This document shows, piece by piece, positions 50,415 to 64,000 of a DNA stretch of 64,000 bases. The notes below the pieces were generated by a model, which ran no database searches, was not told the origin of the DNA, and was given only the letters and a program-made list of their open reading frames with translations. The DNA comes from the human T2T-CHM13v2.0 reference genome, Homo sapiens, in the NCBI RefSeq assembly GCF_009914755.1, contig NC_060925.1, one strand, 5' to 3'. How positions within the stretch are numbered: position 1 is the stretch's first letter; the number at the start of each line of letters is the position of its first letter. Position numbers and translations under genes: made by a program.

Positions 50415-50985
50415 TTAGAAAAGAGACTATATGGCAAAAAAAAAAAAAGTACATTTATCATGAATTAAGACTGTGTGAAAATAAATGTAGATACTGGTCT
50501 TGTGTCATTTAGGCTACTTGAATTAAAAAAAAAATGAAAAAATCCTGTCCACCTTCAGCAAAGGAAAAGTGGCCCTTCCTATACCAGTGGTCAGTGTAAC
50601 CCCTTAGAACTAGTAATAACCAACCCCCTTAATCCTTGCTAGAAAAAAGAGAATGTATAACCCTAAAAATTGATGGAGCTGGACTGGATCTTCAAGTAAA
50701 TATCGTGGTTTCAGAAAAAGTTTATAAATGCTCTCCTGAGCCAGTATTTCAAAACTTCTATGATGAACTGAATGTGCCAGTACCAGAAATTCCAGGAAAA
50801 ACAAGAAATTTGTTTTTGTAATTAGCCGAGCATATAGCCCAGTCTCTCAATGTCACTTCATGTTATGTATCAGCACAAGTGTACTACATGAATCATTATC
50901 AGTCTATTGCACAGGAAGACATAAGTAGCAAAAATAAGAGTGAGAACTCCCACTAATAAAAAGTGAGAGTCTCAAAGGGGGGAAA
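50415..50985 (+). pseudogene. Degraded gamma-type ERV env fragment (HERV-E/Harlequin-like)
   Basis: Translated pieces YWSCVI*AT*, CNPLELVITNP, FYDELNVPVPEIPGKTRNLFL*LAEHIAQSLNVTSCYV with stops and frameshifts; the CXXC motif is cut by an apparent deletion near 50870 that joins to the env 3' end. Confidence 0.75.
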
Positions 50986-51486
50986 TGAGAGAAGAGAGAC
51001 AGACCCTCTCATATTGTTTTATATTGCTTTATGCTCAGAAAAGAAAACAGAAGCGAAACTAAAGGCTTGTAGCCCGGTGCCTAGGAACCAGACCCGAAAC
51101 CAAGGAACCAGACCTGCAACCAGGCCTGAGCCTGCCTGACCTAAGCCTGGTAGTTAAAGATTGACCCCTGACCTAACCAGTTATGTTATCTATAGATTTC
51201 AGACATTGTATAGAAAAGACATTGTGAAACTTCCTGGTCTGTTCTGTTTCACTCCGACCACCGGTGCATGCAGCCTCTGTCATGTACCCCCTGCTTGCTC
51301 AATCAATCACAACCCTCTCATGCAGACCCCCTTAGAGTTGTGAGCCCTTAAAAGGGACAGGAATTGCTCACTCGGGGAGCTCAGCGCTTGAGAGACAGGA
51401 GTCTTGCTGATGTTCCCGGCCGAATAAACCCCTTCCTTCTTTAACTTGGTGTCTGAGGAGTTTTGTCTGCGGCTCGTCCTGCTACA
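50986..51486 (+). mobile_element. LTR2-family (HERV-E/Harlequin) 3' LTR
   Basis: Polypurine tract AAAGGGGGGAAA 50974-50985, TG...CA termini (TGAGAGAAGAGAGACAGACCCTCTCATATTG ... CTCGTCCTGCTACA), AATAAA 51423-51428. Confidence 0.85.
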
Positions 51487-51626
51487 CTATGTTTGCACCA
51501 CTGCACTCCAGCCTGGGTGACAGAGCAAGACCCTGTCTCTGAAAAAAAGAGAATAAGTGAAAAATGAGCCAGGTGAGGTGGCTTATACCTGTAATCCCAG
51601 CACTTTGGGAGGCTGAGGTGGGATCA

Positions 51627-51881
<255 letters not shown>

Positions 51882-52168
51882 CTATTCCAAAGCTCAAAAG
51901 CAGGAGAGAATCCTCAAGCCCTGGGGGGAGAAGATATGTGTGCATGGCAGAAAAGAATGGAAGCTAGAGGATAATCAGAGAAAAATAGGCTGCTGGCTGG
52001 GTGTGGTGGCTCATGCCTGTAATCCCAGCACTTTGGGAGGCCAAGGCGGGCAGATCACGAGGTCAGGAGGTCGAGACCAGCCTGGCCAACATGGCAAAAC
52101 CTCATCTCTACTAAAAATACAAAAATTAGCTGGGTGTGGTGGCATGCGCCTATAGTCCCAGCTACTCA

Positions 52169-52321
<153 letters not shown>

Positions 52322-52651
52322 TCAGTATCTTCAATCCTAAAATCAGGATACTGGTAGTACCTACGTCAGAAAACTGTTAGTAAAATTACATGAAATAATA
52401 TCTCTAAGGCACTTAGCTTAATGCTGGGAACAAGTAAAATTCAATAAGTATTAGCTCTTGTTAGATAAGTTGTCCCAAATCACACAGCTAGTAAGTGGTT
52501 AACTAGGATTTGAATAGAATAGCTTTTCTGACTCCAAAGCCCAGCTGGCCTCTTTATGACTGTGCTCTATTGAGTAATAACTATTGTTTACTGAGCACAG
52601 CACTCCATGCTCTATAATAGTTATCTCATTTAATGCTTATCACCTCCCTGA

Positions 52652-53104
<453 letters not shown>

Positions 53105-53686
53105 TGACCTCAAGTGGTCCGCCTGCCTTGGCCTTCCAAAATTCTGGGATTACAGGCATGAGCCACTGCACCCAGCCAATCTCTAGGTTTTCTTTAAGCT
53201 CTACTGTTCTACGAGGGTGTATTCAGTGAAATCAGACAGTGCTCCAGGTAGGAGAGAGGGATCCTGAGTCAGACAGGATCCCCATCCCCATCTGACTGCA
53301 CAACATCAACCAACAGAGATCCAGAGGCGCCGAGGGTGGAGTCCAGGTCTCTAAAGCATTAGTCATTGTCTGCTCCCACTTCCCAGGGACCAGCAGGGAT
53401 GCTGATCCAATTATACTCAATTGATGAGGGACCTCCAGGGTGATGAAAGAGAGAGGAGATGTCAGAGGACACAATGGGAGATCCGAATCATTCAGCCTGG
53501 TGAATAGAAGCCAGGAAGGACCTGCCTTCAAGTCTCCAGTGAGTCTGGGGGCTGGCAGGGTGATAACACGAGGCCAAGGCTCAGAGAACTGGGCCCTGGT
53601 TCCTAGGCCTGGCTTTGACATTAAAAGCAGTATGATCTTTGTTTGACAAGTTATTTCACTTCTCCAGTCTTCAGTTTCCACATCTA

Positions 53687-54037
<351 letters not shown>

Positions 54038-54797
54038 TTACATAAAGACATGTAATATTATAGCTAAAAACTGGAAATGGGAAGAACTGCTAAGTGGACT
54101 TGGGAGCACGGAGTTGATGCAACAGAATCTTGAAATGCTATTTAGAAAGTGGAATAACTAACATTTACTGAGCACTAACTACATGTCAGACACTTGGCAG
54201 AGAGAGAGGTCTTTACATGCATAATCTCATTTAATATCCTCAAGGGTCTTCTGAGGTAGGTATTATTATCACCATTCTTCCTTTTTTTTCTTTTCAAGAC
54301 TTGCTCTGTCACCGAGGCTGTAGTACAGTGGTGAGATCTCGGCTCACTGCAACCTCCGCCTCCTGGGTTCAAGCTATTCTCCTGTCTTAACTTCCCGAGT
54401 AGCTGGGACTACAGGTGCACGCCACCACGCCCAGCTAATTTTTGTATTTTTAGTAGAGACAGGGTTTCACCATGTTGGCCAGGCTGGTCTTAAACTCCTG
54501 GCCTCAGGTGATCTGCCTGCCTTGGCCTCCCAAATTGTTGGGATTACAGGCCTGAGCCACCATGCCCAGCTATCATCATTTTTTCAGATGAGTTCACGGA
54601 GGCCATGAGAAGTTAAGTCACCTAACTAGTTTATACTTGATGACGTCAGGACTCAAGTTCAAAGGTCCATCTGACTCCAAAGCCCATGCTGCAAACCTTT
54701 ACTTATACACTACTGTTGAAGACTGTTGGATGTAAGGACTGTAAGAAATAGAGATGTAGGCCAGGCATAGTGGCTCATCTCTGTAACCCTAGCACTA

Positions 54798-55043
<246 letters not shown>

Positions 55044-55112
55044 TTAGCTGGTCATGGTGGCACGTGCTTGTAGTCCCAGCTACTAGGGAGGCAGAGGCGG
55101 AAGGATAAATTA

Positions 55113-55643
<531 letters not shown>

Positions 55644-55720
55644 TCAACATTAGATTTGGAAATTGGGAATTTATAGCTCAGATATTTATGCTTAACTTTT
55701 TTTTTTTTTTTTTTTTTTGA

Positions 55721-55825
<105 letters not shown>

Positions 55826-56201
55826 TGAGTAGCTGGGATTACAGGCATGCACCACCATGCCCCGCTAATTTTGTATTTTTAGTAGAGACAGGGTTTCACC
55901 ATGTTGGTCAGGCTGGTGTCGAACTCCTGACCTCAGGTGATCTGCCTGCCTCAGTCTCTCAAAGTACTAGGATTACAGGCATGAGCCACCCTATGCACCA
56001 CCCACAGTGCCTGGCCCTACGCTTGACTTTTTGCTAGTAGAGATTATGATAATATCTGGGTAAGCACAGATGATAGGGCCTTTCTAGTCCTAATACAGAA
56101 CTTTCTAGATAAGCAGACAAGGGAGGCACAGCTGCCCTTCGTCACCACTGGGAAGACTGGAAATCTGACCACACGGCTCCTGCCTCAAGCTTTTCAGTCA
56201 C

Positions 56202-57543
56202 TTCATATTGCCTACAGCACCGGTTCTCAACCTTGACTGTAGAATGGAATCACTTGAGAAACTTTACAAATAGCTGATGTCTGAGTTTATTCCCAGAAAT
56301 TCTTATTTAATTGCCATGGCCGTAACTTTGGCATGGGGAGTTTTGAAATGTCTTCAAGAGATTCCAATGTGTAGCAACATTTGAAAGCCACTGGCCTAGA
56401 GGATAAAGGCATAACTCCTTCACTTAGCATAGAAAGGCCCCTTCTGATTTCTTTAGTATGCTCTCCTATATGTTTTATTCTCCAATCCAGTTACAATGTC
56501 CTGAACATGTTGCACCTTGCTTTTTACATGCCTTTACCTTATTTCTTCTGCCTGGAATGCTTTTCTTCCCCCTCATCCATCTGGAAAGCTCCACTCATCT
56601 TCAATACTGTGGCAAGCCAGCCTCCCAGATGGCCCCAGTCATCCTTACCTCCTGGTTTTCATGTTCCTATATAGTGCTCTACTGCACTGAATAGGGCTGA
56701 CTTGTGTAATAATATAATATTGTAGAAACGATGATGGAGTGTGACTTCTGAGGATGGGTTATTTTTATTTATTTTATTTATTTATTTTTTTGAGACAGTG
56801 TCTCACTCTGTTGTTTAGGCTGAAGTGCAGTGGCGCGATCTTGGCTCACTACAACCTCTGCCTCCCAGGTTCAAGCGATTCTCCTGCCTCAGCCTCCTAA
56901 ATAGCTGGGACTACAGATGCGTGCCACCATGCCTGGCTAATTTTTTTTTTTTTGTATTTTTTGGTAGAGACGGGGTTTCACCTTATTGGCCAGGCTGGTC
57001 TCGAACTCCTGACCTTGTGATCCACCTGCCTCAGTCTCCCAAAGTGTTGGGATTACAGGCGTGAGCCACTGCGCCCAGCATGAGGATGGGTTATAAAAGA
57101 AACTGTAGCTTCCATCTAACTCTTGGATCCTCTACTTTGGGAGAAGCTATCTGCCAAGTCTTGAGCATCGCCCTGTGGAGAGCTCCACATGGTGAGGAAC
57201 TGAGGCCTTTTGCCAACAGCCACGTGAGTGCACCATCTTGGAAATGGATCTTCCAGCCCCACTCAAGCCTTCAGATGACAATCATCCCAGCTGATGTCTT
57301 GACTGCAGTCTCACAAGAGACCTTCAGTTGGAACCACCCAACTATACCACTCCAGTATTCCTGAGCTATAGAAAATGTGAGATGTTTGTTGTTCGTATTG
57401 CCTACACCACTGGTTCTCAACCTTGACTGTAGATTGGAATCACTTGAGAAACTTTACAAATAGCTGATGACTGAGTTTATTCCCAGAAATTCTTATTTAA
57501 TTGCTATGGCCGTAGCTTTGGCATGGGGAGTTTTGAAATCTCT
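56202..57543 (+). repeat. 152-bp direct repeat (56202-56353 and 57392-57543)
   Basis: Ungapped, 8 mismatches, offset 1190 bp. Confidence 0.95.
56214..56395. mobile_element. MER5A-like hAT-Charlie DNA transposon fossil
   Basis: CAG...GGTTCTCAACCTTGACTG...GAATCACTTGAG start and TTGAAAGCCACTG end. Confidence 0.7.
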
Positions 57544-57590
57544 GTTAAAATTTTGGAATAATTTCTTAGGCAGTAATAGATAGCAAATAA
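56608..57590 (+). mobile_element. MLT1 (MaLR) LTR interrupted by an Alu (56758-57079) and a duplicated MER5A piece (57392-57543)
   Basis: TGTGGCAAGCCAGCCTCCCAGATGGCCCC start; CCACATGGTGAGGAACTGAGGCC core; TTTTGGAATAATTTCTTAGGCAGTAATAGATA end; Alu TSD tgaggatgggttat. Confidence 0.7.
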
Positions 57591-58422
57591 ACAAACCACA
57601 CTCAAGTATATGACACTCTGTGAAGTCTTCTTAGCCCTCTCCCCTGCTGAATTGAACTGACCACCCTGTGCCACTTCTGAGCCATATATATCCCCTATTA
57701 CAGCACTCATCACATGACCCCTAACTGTTGACTTGCCCTTCTTGCCCTTAGGTTCAATTCCACAAGAACAGGGCTGGCCATAGTGCAGGAATCAGTGTGC
57801 TTGTAGAATATAGGAATATGCATGAGAACTGCCATCTGAGTCATTTCCTATAGGCCTTCTAGCCCAGGCTTCTTCTTATACAAAAACTTCAAAAGCTTCA
57901 CGTGGTAGCACACACCTGTAGTCCCAGCTACTTGGAAGGCTGAGGCAGGAGGATCACTTGAGCACAGGAGTTTGAGGCTGTAGTGAGCTATGATTGTGCT
58001 CCTGCACTCCAGTCTGGGCAACAGAATAAGAACCCATCTCTTAAAAAAAAAAAAAAAAGACCCAAAACTCCATGGTACAGTTGCCAGAAATCACGGATGT
58101 CATGGTGAAAGGGTGGGTCCTGAGGATTTTCTTAATAATCCAACAAAATCCTGGCATCCACGGATGTATCTAGAACACTAGACTACAAGTCAGAAGATCT
58201 GGATTTTAATTCAAGTCTGCCAACCACCTGCTGAATTTCTTTGAGCTCTGGTTTCCTCATGGACCAAATAACTTAAGGCCTCTTCCAATTCTAAAATTTA
58301 ATGATTCTGTGTTTTCAGCTAGCAATTACTCTTATTTCATAAAAGAAAATAGGCTAGTAGGCCAGGTGCAGTGGCTCACGCCTGTAATCCCAGCACTTTG
58401 GGAGGCCGAGGCGGGCAGATCA

Positions 58423-59195
<773 letters not shown>

Positions 59196-59468
59196 CATCT
59201 ACAATATTTAGGCTAGAGATTAAAAAAATTTTTTCTGCCAGCTGGTTGGCTCTGTGGTTTACAGGGTATGGTACTAATGGGTTTGTCCCCTGAATTGTTC
59301 ACTTTATACAAGGTGTATGAATGAATGGAGCCCGTTTACTGCTAGAAAAACAATTCAAGGTGTACATTTTACTGTCAGAACTCAGTCTGGTCTTCAATTA
59401 AAACGGCTCTTGGACCTAACTGCTTAGTGCATTTAGCTGGATATCAAGTTGTGGGCTACTTTAGCCTA

Positions 59469-59862
<394 letters not shown>

Positions 59863-61054
59863 TTAGGTTCAAATACTGGTTCTAGCACTTACATGCTGGG
59901 TGACTTGGCTGGGCTAGCAAATCTTTCTGAGTCTCGCCTTCCTGATCTACAAAATGAGGCTAACACGCACTACCTTACTGGAATGTTGTTAGGATTAAAT
60001 GATACAATGCAGAGTATCTGGCCAGAATAAGTGCTCATTAAGAAGTAGCACATTAGGACAAAACCAAAATATGGCACTTTTTATAATTAACAGCAACGTA
60101 TATGTGTCCGGTGCTTTGACATCTTACATTAAGCCCATCCCTAATCCTACCCAAAAAATTCTGAGGTGGGCAAGGTAGATGCCAGTGTCCCCATTTTGCA
60201 GAAAAAGAAACAAAGGCTCGGAAAGATTCACTGGCTCCAGATCAAACAAAAGAAAAATGTCAGAGTCTGGATTCAAACCTGGGTGTGATTCCATGAAGAT
60301 GAATAATTATATATACACACTTGGCAGGCTGAGCATCTCGGGGCCATCTGGCTTAACAGGCTGAAAAGAACTGTATTTCTGAGCAGCTTCTTTTTTTAGA
60401 TGAAAGCAAGATGGGAAAAATAAGCTGGCAAACTGCTTTCCCTCATTTTCAACACTGGTGTGATTTGTGCTCAGTTCTGCACTCCTTCTAACTCCCAAAT
60501 GCTACTTGTCCGTGCAACTTAGAAGTTCGCTCCAGCTGCTTTGGCTGTGCTGCTGCTGGCTCTGCCCTGGCCCCACAGCTGGGACCTGGGAAAACCAAAA
60601 GAAAAGGAAGCAGAGGCAGCTGGAGATGTCAGAAGGCTGGGTGAGCTCCAGCTGTTCCCAAGTCTGTCTGGGGAACGAGGGCTGATGGGGGGCTGGGGCC
60701 AAGGATCCCTGTCCCCCATGTCAGTCAACAGGAGGATGCTCTTTCCTGTACAACAGATGGGCCCTGCTCCTGGAATAATGTGATAAAGGGCAATACTAAA
60801 TCTGGCACAGACTGGATTTCTCTTGGGGAACAGGAGGCCAAGAGATCAAATGTTAGTCAAATTTAATCAAGAAGGCTTTCATGGAAGAGGTGGGATTAGA
60901 AATAAGCCTAAAGCATTAGCAAGATTTGGATGTGCAGAAAGGAGGTGGGGATGAGGTGGGGAAGCCCTGCAGGCAAGAAAATCCTCAGGAGAGCTGGACG
61001 CGGTGGCTCACGCCTGTAATCCCAGCACTTTGGGAGGCCGAGGTAGGCGGATCA

Positions 61055-61665
<611 letters not shown>

Positions 61666-63015
61666 TCACAAAAAAAAAAAAAAAAAAAAAAAGAAAGAAA
61701 AAAGAAAAAAAAGAAACAGAAAAAAAGGAAAGGGGATTCCTGGAAATCCATGACACCTCAATAACAGAGATACTGAATGCCAGAACTGAAGGGGCCTTAG
61801 AGACCGGCCAATTCAACAACCACCAACCCATGTCCCAATTTACAGATAAGGAAACTAAAGCTGAAGTTGAGAGAGGAAAACCACACACACACGCACACAC
61901 ACATGCACATGCACACGTACACATCACAGAGCAAACAGGTGATAGAGGCAAGAACCCAGGGCTCCAGACAACGAGTCCGTCCTGTTACCATTAGACCATC
62001 TTACCAGGCTGGTATTTTCATGCAAAAGCAGCATTTCAGGCAGATCTGGCAGCAGAACGCCGGGGGGAAAGAGAGATTACAGTCCAGAAGACTGCGAAAT
62101 GAGCCCAGGGGTGAGCTGGCAGGACAGCAGGCTCAAACAAGATGGAAAGGATGGGCTGAGTGGGAGAACCACCAAGAGTGAAGAAACAGGAGGACTTGGC
62201 AGGAAACCGTGAGGGAGGGAGCTGTGCAGAGCCAATTCACCGGCCATCTGCAGGCCTGGGGGTTTCCCCTGAGGAGGTCACCATGCATTCTGACCCCCTC
62301 ACCTGGTGTCAAAGGCAGCAGACAAAAATTAAGACAACTAGCCTCTGCTACAAAGCCCCTGCCCCCAGCTCCTCCCTTTGGCCAACCTCTCCACAGATCT
62401 GTTTCTCCCTTTTGACATTTTAGGATCTTCAATTTGCAGCTGAGGCATAGATGTGTTTGGATGATCTGGTGTGAAATTAAAACCCAAACCAGAGCCTAAG
62501 AGTGTGGACTCTTCCAGGTGGAAAAGCAAGCAAGGCTAGAACTAGGGTGGGGATTTTGATTTTTCATGTGAGGAGCAGGGATAGCAGAGCAAAGAGAATG
62601 GGAAACTGTCTCTCCACCTAGCTCCACCCTGACATGAGGACACAATGGTAGTAGGTGGCTGGCAGTTAGGAGGGTCCACTCGAGGAAGGTAACCGTGAGA
62701 CTGTAGAAGCTGGAATAACAATTTAGACCAATGGTCAGGCATGGTGGCTCACGCCTATAATCCTAGCACTTTGGGAGGCTGCAGTGGGAGGATCACTTAT
62801 CCCAAGAGTTTGAGACCAGCTTGGGCAACATAGGGAGACCCTGTTTTTACAAAAAAAAAATGTTTTTTAATTAGCCAAGCTTGGTGGTGCATGCCTGTAA
62901 TCCCAGCTACTCAGGAGACTGAGGCAGGAGGATAGCTTGAGCCTGGGAATTCAAGGCTTCAGTGAGCTGTGAACCCACTACTGCACTCCAGCCTGGGTGA
63001 CAGCAAGACTCAGAC

Positions 63016-63279
63016 AAGAAGGAAGGAAGGAAGAAAGGAAGGAAGGAAGGAAGGAAGGAAAGAAGGAAGGAAGGAAGAGAGGGAGGGAGGGAGGGAGGAA
63101 GGGAAGAGGGAGGGAAAGAAAGAGAAAGAAAGGAGAAAAAGAGAAAGAGAAAAAGGAAGGAAGGAGGGAAGGAAGAAGGAGGAAGGAAGGAAAAGAGTGA
63201 AAGGAAAGGAAAGGAAAGAAGGAAGGACGGAAGGAAGGAAAGAAAGAAAGAAAGAAAAAAGAAAGAAAAAGAAAAAAAG
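63016..63279 (+). repeat. Polypurine (GGAA/GAAA) low-complexity tract
   Basis: About 264 nt with only two pyrimidines; replaces an Alu tail. Confidence 0.95.
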
Positions 63280-63607
63280 CACTTAGACCAAGATCATTGG
63301 GGCCATTTAGTTCAAGGGCCCATTGTACCTAACCTTACAGCTATGTAAGCAGGCCCAAATGAAACAAGACTGGTAATAGCTAATGTTTATTAAGTCCTTA
63401 ATCTAGCCACCATGTTAAGTGCTTTACATGCATTATTTCATTTAATTATCACAACCACCTTATGAGTTAAATACTATTAGAATCCCCATTTCACAAATAA
63501 GAACATTAAAGGCCATAGAAGTGAATGAGTTAGCATAAAGTCACAGGGCTAATAGTGTTGGAGCTGTCTGATTTCAAAGACTGTGTTCTTAGTCCCTGAA
63601 CTGCTCA

Positions 63608-63913
<306 letters not shown>

Positions 63914-64000
63914 TCAACCAAGTACCTGACCCAGTTTCCGGTGAAGCCATTTTTCTCCCTCAACCCATTTCTCAATAATGCCGAGGATATCACTGAAACT

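Noticed and set aside
50636-50821. 61-aa env ORF as a functional envelope/syncytin-like gene
   Set aside because: In-frame stops, frameshifts and deletion of most of SU/TM.
62969-63286. K/E/R/G-rich 105-aa ORF and F/L/S/P-rich antisense ORF
   Set aside because: Translation of the polypurine tract.

Overview
Eukaryotic, Alu-dense primate (human-like) genomic DNA. It contains the complete canonical stathmin-1 gene (STMN1, minus strand, 149 aa, coding exons 12106-12094, 11243-11071, 9112-8921, 8517-8446), its CpG-island promoter with the overlapping MIR3917 hairpin, about 7.5 kb of downstream DNA and about 50 kb of upstream DNA. I find no other protein-coding gene; nearly all other ORFs are Alu-, repeat- or GC-content artefacts. 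The upstream region is a patchwork of more than 50 Alus, MaLR/ERV1 LTRs, DNA-transposon fossils and L1/L2/MIR fragments. The most unusual structures are: (1) a polyadenylated, TSD-flanked, apparently doubly spliced HERV-H/LTR7 retrocopy with a foreign 5' segment, about 4 kb upstream of STMN1; (2) a gap-free 134-bp inverted repeat (88% identity) at 42433-42801; (3) a 152-bp, about 95% identical copy of a MER5A-plus-flank segment pasted 1.19 kb away inside an MLT1 LTR; (4) a 5'-less env+LTR2 proviral piece splitting an Alu; (5) an orphan promoter-like CpG island at about 30 kb and an RFX/E-box/SOX motif cluster at about 35 kb. None of these is shown to be a new functional system; they are candidates. 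Repeat family names come from remembered consensus sequences, not database searches, and repeat boundaries are approximate.
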